A DNA stretch of 64,000 nt from Sphaerodactylus townsendi (lineage: Eukaryota): NCBI RefSeq assembly GCF_021028975.2, contig NC_059433.1, positions 87,296,001-87,360,000 on the forward strand. The letters run 5' to 3'. Below are positions 36,701 to 50,700 of the stretch, one piece after another. A model generated the notes under the pieces. That model searched no databases, was not told the DNA's origin, and was given only the letters and a program-made list of their open reading frames with translations. Every line of letters starts with the position of its first letter. Within the stretch, counting starts at the first letter, position 1. Made by a program: the position numbers and the translations under genes.

Positions 36701-38192
36701 GCACAGTTCAAGAGTGGGCATGGCCAGCTCCACCTCCAAAGCCTGCAGTTTAAAGCTGGACACAACTAGGCTGAGCCCAGCCTTGAACTGTGGACTCTGC
36801 CCTGGCCAAGTCCAGCTTTATACGCTGGCTCCACCTCTGAAGTTCTGCCTCCAAAATCACATGGGCTTTGAAGATGGAACTAGCAGTACAAAGCAGAACA
36901 TGGCCAGGGCAGAGTCCACAGTTCAAGGTGGGCCTCTGCCTGACCATGTCCAGCTTTAAATTGCGGGCTTTGTGTGTATATATTGACTTAATATAGTCCA
37001 AATATTCATTCAGTTTTGCTTTCTACATATAGTTTTCCAGGGTGACTTTCCAGCCAGAGCAGCATACCAAGTTGCAGCTCTACCAAAAGTAAGTGTGGTA
37101 TTTCAGTAAGACTGGACTGACATTTCTCTGATGGAAAAGTTTTCCTACGTAGACATGGGCCATTCACACTAAAATCCTGTGCAGATCTACACTAATCTTA
37201 AACCGCTAATTTCAGTGAGTTTATGTAGGACTAGCTCTGTGTTTGGTTTCACTTTAAAATACCTTGTAACATTGGCTGAGGCTATTGTCTTCTATGGAAT
37301 ATCCAATTATGTGAAAATACAAACTTCTAGTAACTCCATTGGGTTTGTGATGAGTGGCAAAACAGAAGCAAGTCTCCTCTACAGAACTCAACTAGATTCG
37401 ATTAGATAGGTGCTAGATTTGTGGTGCAATCCTAAAGAGAATTACTCTAGTACAATTCCAGTGAAATGGACTGATAGGATCAGAAGTCCCACTGAAGTGT
37501 TGTGTTGCTATGATGAAATTAGAGCCCAGAAAATATCCATAGATAACATTATGCTGTGAACGCTCTAAAGCCTAATTCAGTGACTTGTTGAAGTTATACA
37601 TATTTTTATATTTTCATTTTTAAACGGAGATATTCCATCTTCCATTGCCGTTAAATAGGCATGGGGCATACTCAAAGAATGGGAATTCCCATGTTTTTCA
37701 AAGTGCACAATACTCCTTTCTTGTTCTGCTGTCCTTTTATATACCGGGAGTATTTTATAGATATACCCCAAATGCAACTCTTCCCTCCTCCCACCTTCAC
37801 AGTTTAGTTAGGGCTTCCCATTTGAGTCTGCTCACTGCATTCCTTGACCTTCAGAGATAGTGTGGTACAATGGTTGAAGAATTCAACCTTGACCAGAAGA
37901 AGAATAGGTTCAGTTTCATTGGGGAAGACATGGAGTACTGTTGTGAAAGCAAAATAAAACGTGAAAAGCACTTTCTACATTGAAAGTCTACAGAAATGTT
38001 AAATCCCACCTTTTTATTGTGCCAAAGAATATCTTGTGAACGCACAGAGCTCCTAAGGAGAAAGGGTCACGGTTCCTTTTCTAATGTACTTATCAGACAT
38101 CTTCCTTTCAGGGTGCACGTGTTGAGATTGAAGCTGTTGCCATCAGTGGACCGCTCCGCGATGCCAAGCATGACACTAAAGGCAATCTTTAA
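30731..38192 (+). CDS. RIDA: RIDA (HRSP12/UK114), reactive intermediate imine deaminase A; 6 exons, 143 aa
   Basis: APAALGPYSQAV, YIAGQIGMDP, VKTTVLMADM, FPARAAYQVAALPK, VEIEAVA motifs; exons 65+106+55+69+56+81 nt = 432 nt. Confidence 0.97.
31320..31625. mobile_element. hAT non-autonomous element
   Basis: AGTGATGGTGAACCT / AGGTTCGCCACCACTG TIRs; TSD CCCTAGTT. Confidence 0.85.
32745..32905 (+). mobile_element. Penelope-like element terminal fragment with minimal hammerhead ribozyme relic
   Basis: TCCT-CTGAAGA-T-GCC..GGC-GAAA-CA-TC-AG core at 32814-32858, downstream of a TATATATA box. Confidence 0.7.
33361..33466 (+). CDS. RIDA: RIDA exon 2
   Basis: QAVLVDRTVYIAGQIGMDP...; 106 nt. Confidence 0.95.
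35100..35154 (+). CDS. RIDA: RIDA exon 3
   Basis: ALKNMGEILKAADCDFGN; 55 nt. Confidence 0.95.
35818..35886 (+). CDS. RIDA: RIDA exon 4
   Basis: VVKTTVLMADMKDFDDVNEVYKQ; 69 nt. Confidence 0.95.
37033..37088 (+). CDS. RIDA: RIDA exon 5
   Basis: FFQGDFPARAAYQVAALPK with catalytic Arg; 56 nt. Confidence 0.95.
38112..38192 (+). CDS. RIDA: RIDA exon 6 (coding part)
   Basis: GARVEIEAVAISGPLRDAKHDTKGNL*; AATAAA at 39075-39080. Confidence 0.93.
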   Translation, partial: GARVEIEAVAISGPLRDAKHDTKGNL

Positions 38193-39887
38193 CCAGGGTT
38201 TGGGTTCAGTTGAGCTTGGTTGGTCATGGAACTGGTGATCTCTTTCAGATACAACTCCTACACAAGTAGTTATCCCCCGCCCCACCTCGGCCATTCTATC
38301 CTATTAAGGCTCTAGGCTGATGCACAATTTGATAGGAATAACACTTATTGTACAGCTTAATGTCATAAGCTGTTGGGTAACATTGTATTGTTTCAAGTAG
38401 TGTTTTGACGGAGAGCGGTTAGTGGTTTATCCAGAAACTGTGAATAGGATGCTGATATAACATGAGCTGTGGCCTGTAAAAGGCAAGCTAGCTTTACAAA
38501 TTATTCTATTGAATCAAACCTTTAGAAGGAAAAAATAATGAAGGTTACACTGGAAATACAATAGCAGGGAGCTGAAGGTTGGTCAATGGGCAGCCCAGTC
38601 GAGAGCCCTGGGCCATGGGATGCAGCACTCCTGCCACGCTGCCTTCAAGAGGGCTTCTCGGCAGCAATGGGGAGGCAAAAAAATGGCATAAGTCCAAGTC
38701 CCATAAGTCCAAGGCAAAGCCAGATGGAAGCCAACTGATCTTAGCTCCACTCCCTGGGCATTCCCCTGCTACCCTGGCAGAGGTTCAGAAACACTGGCCA
38801 CAATGCAGAGCCACGGTGGCCACCCACTGACAAATTTGCCTCTCCGCCAAGATAAGTGCCCTGGGGAGGGAAGATCTGCTGATGCGGCCCCATGGGCGGA
38901 TTTGGGGGCCCCTCCTTTGGATGGGGCTGTTAATGTTACCAATTTACCTCTAAGCTTATTACTATCTACTGGACGAAAGTTGTGTTCTAACATGAAAACA
39001 TCTTTTAAATTCATGTTTGCAGATCATTAACCAGCTGCAATTCATCCTGATTTACGTGTTTTTGATGAAATTTTAATAAACCATGGTTATATAACATGTC
39101 ACTTGAGTCTAATTTTTTAAAGGAAGCTATATCTGCTTTCAAATACTACCGGTAGCCTATCAAAAATATAAAAATCCACACTGGTGGATTTCAAGTTGTA
39201 CTAGAGTGGGGGTTTTTTTGTCACCTGTCGCCACACTTCCGCTAAGATTATAAAGTAATTTTAGGTTACTTGTAAACTTGTCATTTGGAAGAAGACTGTT
39301 TAAGCAACGTATTTGATGCGTTGTAAATAATTCTTTTAAGCCAGCCAATTTGGAGTCCGATCCATAAACAGCAGTGAAAACTGTCCTCCAGTATAAGGAG
39401 CTTTCCCTTAAATTCAAGAAGCTCTTGTGCCAGAGGAAAAGTGTAGCAACATACATTGTCATGTTACTGTTTTGTTCCTTTGCGATGTGGTGGAATCACA
39501 CTATAATGCAATCGTTATGTAGAAATTTGTCTGTGTTAAGTGCCATCAAGTAATTTAGACAATCCTATGAATTAACAACCTCCCAAAAATCCTGTTGTTA
39601 GCAGCCTGGCTTTTGTCTTCTAAACTGAGGGTATGACTTCCTTGATTGATTCAGTCCACCTGGAAATTTATAAGATTAGAGCCAAGATTTTTCTAAGAGG
39701 CTAAAAAAATCTTGTTTTGACTGATACACTAAACTACATAACTGTCTGCCCATTCACTAGAACTTAATGGACAACATTAGTCTTATGCATGCAGCTTGAA
39801 GGCATGGATATTTTCTTCAAGAGATTCACCAGTACTCCAACTCATCTGTACAAAAATTATGCTCATTTCCAATTCTGTATTGTAATA

Positions 39888-40143
39888 CTGTGTTTCCCCA
39901 AAAATAAGACAGGGTCTTACGGTATATTAATTTTTTCTCCAAAAGATGTGTTAGGGCTTATTTTCAGGGGATATATTTTCCCCCCATGATTTTGCCCCCC
40001 CCCCATGTGATCAGATCAGCTTTGCCCGGGAATCTGTAATGAGGGCTTATTTTTGGAGTAAGGTTTTCAAGCATACTCCAAAAATCCCAAAAAATCATGC
40101 GAGGGCTTATTTTCGGGATACTTTTTATTTTCAGGGAAACGGG
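39888..40143. mobile_element. Tc1/mariner-type MITE
   Basis: TA-CTGTGTTTCCCCAAAAATAAGAC ... TTATTTTCAGGGAAACGG-TA. Confidence 0.7.
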
Positions 40144-41741
40144 TACATTAGTATGTTACTTTCTATAATGAATAAAAGTTACTTCCATGATAACTTTCAA
40201 TCCAATTCTAAGCAAAGTTACTCTATTTTAAGCCCACTGAAATAAATGGTCTTAGACTAAACTAGAGTGACTTTTCATAGGATTACACTGTTTGTTTTAG
40301 ACTTCTGGATATTTAAAACAAAGTAATATTTTTGGTATGAAGGAAACTTGCAATCTGACAAATAGCATGCACTTTCATGTGAAAACTACAGATCTTTCCA
40401 ACTGGCTGGTTCTCAAATTATCATAAAAGACCCCAAAAGCAATAACCCATCATAGGGTGCTTAGATAGCTACAGTGACAATACAATCACGACAGTTTCAT
40501 TAATCGCAGCATTTTATTTCAGTGTTTAAGATCAGGGTGTCAGCTTGCAAAATGAATACTGTTTGCAGTACACTACTTCAAAAGGCACAAACCCAAGCCA
40601 TATTAACATATGATTGTTGATCAATGCATGTCCAACAGATGTCCTATATAATACATCACTGCCCTGGCATAAAAGAATTAAAGGGTACCTGTGCCAGACC
40701 CAAAACCCACCTTTGCTCAGGCTGCTCTCTTCAAGCCAACAACCAACAAAGTCTCATGGTCAACAGTCCTCTTTTTTTTACAAAAAAAATGTAAAACTGA
40801 CTGTCATATACAGTATGTACTTCAGGACTTAAACATAAGGAACCTGACTGAATTATCTGCTTTTTGTACTGTACCATAGTTTTCTAATAGTTGAGCAAAT
40901 AGAATCCACAAATATGTGTAGAGGCTAGAAAGTGTTCCTGGAAGGCATACCGGTACTTATTGCACACAAAGAGCAGCTGAACTTTATTTGGCTGCAACTT
41001 TTACTTCTGTAAAAACTAAATACTATATGCTGTAAAGTGCAATATTCAGCCTTAATTCAATTAGAATCTTAAATTATAGGTGCTATTATTTTTTCAAAAT
41101 ATATTACTTTTTTAAAAGTGTTATCACCGTACTATAATAGTGACCAAGCATGCTTAATTGCAGTGGTAGATAAATCAATGTGTTTTTTTAAAGTACAGAA
41201 ATGTTGCTGATCATAACTGTTGAAGGTGGCTATTTCCTAGGTTCAAAATTTGTGTATCTACACAAATTAGAGAACAATATTAAGCTTAGCTATGGTAAAC
41301 ATGTATGAATAAGTGAAGCTTCACACAGGAATTGTTCTACTACATTAAATAATTTGTGACTGTAAGATCATATCAGAATCTAAGTAATTTTATCCCAGTT
41401 TAGAACACTGGGGCTGGGGACATTCATATGATTTCAAAATTCATGCACCCTCTTCTGTAACTTCTGTAACTATTTTAGTTAAGCTATTGCATTGCAACAT
41501 ACAATTCTACTCAAATGAAGTTTACAGAAGGCACTATGCAGCAGACCTGTGAAGGTTTAACATTGCAATTCCTCAATGGTGTCTTGGCAACTTGACTTCC
41601 CAAAATAAAATCCTTTCTCCCTATTGCTTGAGTTGTCATGGTAAGTCCATAACAGCTTTTCAAAAATCCATATTTTCTCAAATTGGATTAATAGTTATTG
41701 GAGTACCTAGACAAAGATGAAGTCCATGCAGAAACCATGAT

Positions 41742-41764
41742 TCACTCTTCGTTATTAGTAGCTT
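41742..41764 (-). CDS. ERICH5: ERICH5 probable terminal coding exon (EATNNEE*)
   Basis: ttacag acceptor, phase-compatible, TGA stop; AT-rich 3'UTR with AATAAA at 40513-40518 (minus). Confidence 0.6.
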
Positions 41765-44700
41765 CTGTAACATTAAAAAAATTCTATAAGGATTTTTATA
41801 GAACATATTTTAGGAACAGATCTTTGAAATGAAGATGAATTCCAAGAAATTGTTCCGTTTCAATATTTTTGCATTATTCTGCAGCACTACTGACACAAAA
41901 AGCTTACCCAAACAAACCTATTCATTGGAGGAACAAGATCACAATCAGAAAGTAAAAATCTTTCTTAATCAGACACTTAAGTGTATTTCAAAAACATTAA
42001 ACATTGACAGTGATTTCTAATATAATAACAGAGAAGGCACTTCTGAAGTACTTATTAAATAAAAAAAATACACAGATACGAACTAGTTTCTGAACAGGAT
42101 CAAGTGTTGTGAAAGTTTTGCTTTGCAATATAAAAAGGAAACTTTTCTCTTGCATTCTGTATAAGCATTCAAAAAGAACACCCACCCACAGTCCTAATAG
42201 TTAAAATAGAGGATTCCCAAAAGAATACTTTAGGTATGATAAAGTAAGCATCCTCCTGCTATTTGGGGTTTAATCCCAGATACTAGTTTCCCTTAAAGAT
42301 AATATGGTGCCTTCAGTTTCACAGAAAGAAAATATCTACCATCAAGTGTGATTGATGGAAATTAAAGAACAGTGCTTTAGCTGTAATTTTAGATCTTGCA
42401 TGAGTGATGAACCCTTTCGCTCTCCTTTCATCTGTACTTTTTGTCTTTCATCGGCCTGTACTTTGTTTTGTCCTCCGTACAGTCAAGAAAATGAGTTCTC
42501 AAACATCTACCCATCCCAGAGGCCTGACTGCCAAAGCAAGATGCCAACACAAGAAGTAGAATGGGGGGGGGGGGGGGGAATTGCAAATCCTCTGCAATAA
42601 CAAAATGTGTTTGGCAAACAGTAACTATGGGATTAAACATATTTAATTAAGCTTCTTATTTTCCAAGGTTACGTCTTTAACATATTTTCTCCAAGCTTAT
42701 CTACTATGGCAAATGTAAGACCAAACCAGGTGCAAGAGCAGCACCGCAGATCAGTGTTTAAGCCTGGATCATCCCAATCATGCAGAAAGTTGAAGAGAGA
42801 ATGTCCTACTTTAAACAGCAAAAGAGGAGCACAGACCGGCTGAGCTCCCATACAAGGAGAAAGGGTGCAGCCAGTATCTGCATTGCTCCCCCACTCATAT
42901 TTTGCTGTGCAGGTCTAATCCACCCCCAGAATCTGAATGCAGTTGGGACATTCTGTCACTATTATACCTAGTTTGGCTTTTACCCAAAGGAATCCAAGCC
43001 AGTGTGGTTTAGTGGTTAAAAGTGCCAGACCACTATCTGGGAGACCCAGGTATGAATCCCACCCCTCATGCCACGGTAGCTTGCCATGTGACCAGTGGTG
43101 GGATTCAAATAATTTAACAACTGGTTATTTACAAGCACCATTTTAACAACCAGTTCTGCCGAAGTGGTGTAAACCTGCTGATTCCCACCACTGCATGTGA
43201 CTTTGTTCTAATCACACACTCAGAGCCTAAACTACTTCAGAAGGTTGTTGGAAGAATAAATGGAGAAGAGAATGATGTGAGCCACTTTAGGTTTCCATTG
43301 GGAGAAAGGCAGGGCACAAATGAATAAAGCAATTAGGGAGTTGCTAACACAAGGTTATAAATATCAACAGTTTTTTTTAGAGTTCCTAATATTTAGCCTT
43401 TCACTACTCCGTCAACATACCTATCTCTGTTGCTGCTGTAGCTTCTCCTGTTTCTTCTTCTTTTGTTTCAGAGCCCTCACTTACTATCTCAGAGTGCATC
43501 TCAGTTTCCACCTTTTCTACCATCTCACCTGGAACAGTAACCATAGAGATCGAGTTAGGGAACACTGAACAAGTATTGAGTGCTGCAGCACCTTACACAC
43601 AACTTGTGCTGTCCTGTAATATCAGCAAGGGCAAAAACTATAGGGACAGATTCAGCCCCTGCCGGTTGCTGAGTAGGCATTTGTTGTGTTCTTTAGCAAA
43701 TTATGTCTCTGCCTGTGGCTTAAATTTACAGCGATCTCCCTTATTCAGCTTAGTTTGAGCTTTTAGGAAAAGCACTTAATGTCACAAGTTAACAGAGTTC
43801 ATACCGCTAAAACCCATTATTTGAACTTTGACTCTGTGAATCAACAGAATCAGACAGGGACCTTGATGTAAACAGAGTTCTCTTTCATCCAAGCATCTGA
43901 TCAGTTTGGATGACCTTGAGGCCTTCAGTAAATAAGTACAACTGTGTTTCCTACCCTATGCGTTTTGCAGAGGTCTTGCTACCCACACCATATACAAGCG
44001 GAACTAGAGGATATTTTGAAGGAAGAAAGTTATCAAGGCTAACAATCAAATTAAACAGTTTAAATCACAGGTGTCAAACCCCCGGCCCTCCAGATGTTAT
44101 GGACTACAGTTCCCATCATCCCCTGCCAGCATGGTGCTGGCAGGGGGTGATGGGAACTGTAGTCCATAACATCTGGAGGGCCGGGGGTTTGACTCCTATG
44201 GTTTAAATGAACCTATGTTTGGAGTCAGTATATGTCTTTTCCCCAAATGCTGGGGTCAAACAACAAGGAGTAGTCATCATCTTCATAGCCTTTCACTTAG
44301 GATGTTGGACAAGCAGGACTTTTGATTTAAGGCAGCAGGACAGTTCTTATAAGCAAAGTTCTATTAAAGCGACACCAAGCATTTCCAACCTGAAGATAGT
44401 GTAGTTTAACTTTATTATACCCAAGAAATATGAGGATATATTGACTGAGCTGGCCTGGAACTGAGCAGGTTATTTTGTTGCTGTCAGAGTGGGTAAAAAT
44501 GTTCTATAAATAAGTCACAAGGTTCATTCTTCTACAAGTTCCCCACTATATAGTTATAATCATAACTACTATACACTCTACTTCAGAAAATGACTGAAAT
44601 GGGACTGTAGGGAAACTGAGCAATGAGCTCAATCATTCAAGAGAATTCATAGATTTAATTCATCCCTATACAATACTCATAACTCCATCATTTACAAATG

Positions 44701-47700
44701 CTACACACAATCCAAACTCACTGGACAAGATTCTGCCCTCAGATGATCGTGTACACCATCTCCACTGAGCCTAGTGGAATTTGTGTACAGCTCAGAACCT
44801 GACCTTCTAAATCTGTAATAACTCTGGTTACCCTCAGTTAGCTGTTCCTCTTCGTCTATCAGTAATTCCTTCACCATTTCTGCTACAAGGTTAAGGGCTT
44901 CCTCTGTCATCACCAAAGGCTCAGGTGTTCTCTCCTCCATTGGTTTGACAAGCTCAGGTTTAGCATCCTGTGAGATTTCTGGAAGCTGAAGGTTGGCAGA
45001 TTCTGTGGCAGGATGAGGTTCATCATTCTCTGTTACTTCCACAGGTTGAGGCTCCCTCACTTCTACAAGGCCCGTAGCCAAGGGTTCGCTTCTGGTGAAC
45101 TTCTCTTCTGATGCCACTGGCTGAGGCTCTGTACCTTCTGGGTCTACTCTTTGACAGGCAGAAAGAGCACATTTTGTTATTTCTGGAAGCAAAGCATCTG
45201 TCTTTTCTTGAGTAAGATTCTCACTTAATTTTGTTCCATCAGATGCAAGATCCATTTCATCCATTCCTCCAAGTTTGGTCTGGTCAGGTATGGTTTCATT
45301 TTCATCAGTGATGGGTAAATTGTCATCTGATGTAGCTATGTCATTCATGATGCATTTTAAAGAAGAAGAAGGGGCGGGGGAGAGAGAGAGAGAAATAATA
45401 AAGTTATTATCCAGAAAGTTCAGCAGTGAATTCATAGTACTTGCATTTATGGTATGGTGATATACAGTGTGTTGGGGAAATATCTAGAACAGGGGTAGGG
45501 AACCTGCGGCTCTCCAGATGTTCAGGAACTACAATTCCCATCAGCCCCTACCAGCATGGCCAATTTATCTAGAAGGATAAAGGTCCAAATACCCATAATG
45601 CCATGAAGCTTTCTAAGTGATCTTGGGCCAGTCTTTCAGCCCAATTTACCTCAGAAAGTTGTTAAAATGTAAGGGATATATATCACCTTGGGTTTCTTGA
45701 AGGGCAAAAAGGATAGTGCTAGATAGATTTTTAAGTTTCACATCCCAGTTTCTACATATTTGCTGACATGACTACTGTTCTTCCATACATGCATCTAAAT
45801 GGATTAATTACAATAGCTACATAGGGGATACACCACTATCTCTCCACCTGCTTCTTAGTGCTATGATTACTGCGGCACATGTTAACATACGGTAGAAATT
45901 TAGCTCATTTGTTCTGGGCCTTTATGTGATGGGTAAGACTGGCATTATTTTAGATAGGTTTTTTTTTTAAGTACATATACATTAATTTTCATTTGTACAT
46001 GGAGTTTAAATGGGCAGAAAGTCTCCTTTTTAAAATTTGTTTAAGAAGTCTGCTTATTTATGTAACAGCTACTGGTTGTTTTTATTTGGTTTCTTTTGGC
46101 ATGTTTGGACTTCATTATGAGCAAGCTGCTTTGCAAACCCAATTGGTCTAAACAAATTTCAAATAAAAGATTCCACATGTCCGTTATGGCATATTCCATA
46201 GTCTCACACTCAGTTGTGGAAATGTGCCAATGCAAACATTTGTGAGGATCATACGCAACTTCCCCTTGTTCAGTTCTTTTGAGGTTCCTCCTCCTTTACA
46301 CTCTGTCACCATCTTCTTGCTAAGAAACTTGCAACATGGAGCAACCAAGAGGCCTGAAAGTTATAGTTACCGTAATTCTCAACTTTAGAGTAGCATTTGG
46401 CCCCAATAAGCAAACACCCCACTGATGGGAATTTTTTGGCTTTTTCTTCCATCCCACAGCAAATGTTTATGAAAGATGGTTTTTCATTCAAGCTTGTATC
46501 ATTGATTTTCAAGACAACGCTACCATGGCTTTTGCTCCACCAAAACAATCACCACCAATTGAAACAAGCAACCTCAATAGCATACAAATTACAGATACCA
46601 TTTATTCTCTTATAACATGTATATCCCGGCTTTTCTTCCATCATGGAACTCAAGGTAGCCAGAAGGTGCCCATCCAGGCATCAATCAGGCCTAGACATTC
46701 TCAGCTTCTGCCCGGCTGCTTTATCTGCCCAATAATACCCTGGACTCTAGTGTGATTGTTCTTAAATTATATTTAGAAACTGGCAGCTTACAAAGAATGA
46801 TGGGCCTGATAACACCACATTAATAACTTGAGTGGTTTGTAAGAAGGAATGAGATCTGCAGAGTTGCAACACCTCTCCCACCTTCTGACTGAGATATAAG
46901 GATTCAGAGATCTCCATTCCCACTAGCACCTGATGAAGGAAGCTTTGTAGTAGTAGAAGAAGAAGAGTAGGTTTTACCCAGCTTTTATGTACCTTAAGGA
47001 GTCTCAAAGTGGCTTACCACTGCAATCTCTTCCTATCCTCAAACAGGCACCTTGTGAAGCAGGTGGGGCTGAGAGAGTTATACCCCCAAAATCTTGTTGG
47101 TGTCTAAGGTGCTAGTGGACTTCAATCTAGCTACTCTGGTGTAGCCCAACATGGCTATCCTCAGAAAATATTCCTATGACTGCTGTTATAGAAGTTCCTA
47201 TGTAGAGCTAAATCAAACACAGGTTGACCATGCCACAGTACCAACAGCAGAAGAAGAAATACCCAAGCATCCAGCTAGTTATTTAAGTCATACACTAATG
47301 TAAAACATGACTTGGCATTTCCCACTAAAGACTACTACAGTTCAAAAGCCTTCTTCAACAAGAATCTACCAATAAACAAGCTCAGTCTGACAAAATGAAA
47401 CCAGTGTACTTAGTATCCTTGAATTAAGATTTGCTTTGTTTTCTGTTCCAGAAATAATAAACGTTAGTTCTTGTGGGTTAAAGTAAATGAGATTTAGAAG
47501 ATCTGTGATTGGAACCTACCCTGGGGGAAAAAGGAAATTGGGTCACAGTCATGACACTAGGGGAGAGGCATCCATCTGCATGTCTTTACCTCAAAGAGGA
47601 ATGTTCTTCTGCAGTCAAATAGCAACATGGGGGAGTAGATATGGGAAATAGTTTCACAGACAGGACAGCCATCTTCCCTGACACCCTAGTTCTGGTACAG

Positions 47701-50700
47701 TTCATACCAACTTCCTCCATGGCTGCATTTACTATTAAAATAAACAAAAAATAAACCCACAGGAGATCCTGATCACAGATCTTCCATACAGGAACTAGTT
47801 GTGTTCTGCAATTTGATCAAGAAACTTAATCCAGGCAAAGCTCAGATCTTCCATTGATTCCAGTGGTACAAAGTAAACAAGCTCCAATTTTGACAGCTGT
47901 GGACATGTATGCAAAGCCTGCCCCAGCAGCGAAGTCACTAGGATTAAGCTTAACCTCCCTGCCCAGTGTCCCCAAAGGTACTTTTTTACTTTTTTGCCAT
48001 TGTAAGTGAATGACTGTCATCCATTGCATGGGGAACTCAAACTTTGTCATTCTGCCTGGGATAATGCAGACTCTAACCTCAAACAACATGTACTTATTCA
48101 AATGTTTATACCCTGACTTTTTCCCTAGCAGGGACCCAAGGAGACTTATGACATCATTCTCCCATCTTCCATTTTATTCTCACAAAAACCACTCTGTGAC
48201 TGGCCCAAGAGGTCACCCCTCAAGCCACCATGGGAGAGTTTGGTTTGAACTTGGGTCTCTCCAATAGCAGATGGACATTCCAACCACAATGCACATGTAG
48301 GCCTTTGATCCATGCATACCCTGCCTGTAATAATTATAGCTACATCATTAATCCTCCCGCCCCAATGTTTAGAAGCAAGGACACAGAGCAAATATCACTT
48401 TCACGCTTCAACATGCTAGAGGGGTGGGGAAGGAAAAATCTCTCAACAAGCCTCCACATTAGGTATAACTTTCTAGTCAAATTAATCCTGACAAGTAATT
48501 GAGCTGTACTTTATTGTGCATGAAGTGTCATGAGCAAAAAAGCTTTAAGGGTAAATGTCAATACTGTAATTGCAGGATTTGACAAGTTTGTTTTTTAGTA
48601 AAATGATTATAAATTTTTGAGTCAATTATATCCAGCTTTACAGCTTCAGTACCCTCCATCCTCTCCCATCCCTGAAGGTCCAAAAAGTTTGAGGAGAGCA
48701 GTCTGCTGATACCACCCGCAAACACTGCGATTTCCACACTTTTATCTTGGTTAATCTTTACAAATATGGGCTAATGATTTTACACCTTTGCATGTTTAGA
48801 CTTGCTATTCTTCCTTATGGATAAAAGAAAAATCCAATAAAGATATTTTAAATGCACCTTCTAAAGACATCATTTGGCATATCTATACTATATTTTATTG
48901 AATGTGAAGAAAGGTATGTCTTGGACTACTGATACTTTCTTTTTCTTTTTTACCAGTGCAGGTTCTGCTGAGTGAAGTCACTGGAAACTATGCAGGGAAG
49001 GTTCATACAAACACAATGTTGCTCTACTAGGATAAAGTCAGCAATTGGTTTATGTTACGTTAGCTTACAGTTAAAAGAAGGAGGAGGAGGAGGAGGAGGA
49101 GTTTGGATTTATATCCCCCCTTTCTCTCCTGCAGGAGACTCAAAGGGGCTTACAATCTCCTTGCCCTTCCCCCCTCACAACAAACACCCTATGAGGTAGA
49201 TGGGGCTGAGAGAGCTCCAAGAAGCTGTGACTAGCCCAAGGTCACCCAGCTGGCGTGTGTGGGAGTGCACAGGCTAATCTGAATTCCCCAGATAAGCCTC
49301 CACAGCTCAGGTGGCAGAGCTGGGAATCAAACCCTATTCCTCCAGATTAGATACACGAGCTCTTAACCTCCTACGCCACTGCTGCATGATCCAGCAATGC
49401 TGCTGGACTTAAGCAGATGCAGGTCTGGCCAGTGCCTGGATGAAAAGGCCCAATGTATGCGGCCTTGAGTTCCACAATGGAAGAAAGGTGCGATGTAAAT
49501 TAAAACAAAGACGACGGGTGCCAGTGCTCAGCAGCTGCTGGCAAGTTCTGTCCATCAAGAGGCAAATGAAGTCTTGGGAAATCTGGGGGTGCTGGAACCT
49601 GAAAGGAAGCCTCACACCTGGAAGCCCTTCTAAGAAAACATGCATGCAACCAGCCTGCCAAGGATAGTAATTACAAGGGCACTAAGAACAGTATTAGTAA
49701 TAATGCCAAGGTATTATTTTTTTCCTCACAAAATTAAAATCTTCAGACAGGTGAATCCCCCTCAGAAGCCAGTGCACCTTTGTGCCGGCATCCCACTGAC
49801 ACAAGGAGCAAATGTGCCCGTGAGGAGTTACCTGGGTGCAAAAGGCTGCTCCAGAGTGGCCGGGGGGTGAAGCCAACCTTCCATTGCCCACCCAGCCCCC
49901 GTGAGTCAGCAAAGTTGGCAACAGAGATACGCCACTTTTTGTGGCATATCTCTGTAATCCTCTGTGAGGGAATTAAGGGGTGGTGTTTTGTTTTGTCTTC
50001 AACTCCTTTGGGTTTCCTGCACTATGGAAAAGCCCTTTGGAGAGGGTAGGATGGCGCCACAGCCGTGCCATTGCCATCCACTGGCCCACCCTGGATGCGA
50101 CTGTTGGAGTGCAACCCAGAAAGGGGGGGCAAAAGGGCTGTGGAACAGGCATGACCCCATGGCTGGTACAGATGGCAGTTCATATGGCATAAGTGGAATC
50201 TACACTGGCACTGGGCCACTTACACCGGTGCTGGGAAGTTGCATGGGGACACTGTGCCCAGGTGTGAATGCTGTGGCTGCAGGACTACCATACCAGTTGT
50301 TCATGCTGTATTTCTATTCACTCCAGTAGCCAGTGTGGCATAATGGTTAAAGTGTGTGATTGGAATATGGGAGTTTCAGGTTCAAACCCACCGTTAAGAT
50401 GGCAACTTGGCCTCCCTTGGTAGCAGGGCATGTAATACCAGTAAAATCTTATCATTTAGTCTCCTGCATGAATTTCCCTGATAGCTGAGAAGACATTTCC
50501 CCAAACCAATACCTTAAATTGAACTTGGAAGGTAACTAAATAACAGAGGCATTCCTGCAGAATCATGGTCACTGGTTCTAGCCTATGGCTCCACACCTCA
50601 GAGCAACCACATCCTGGACTGGAGGACATTTTTGGGCTGACAGAAAACATATTAGTGTAATCAAGCCGACAGGGCTTATAAGGTCCTTATGATTTCATTT

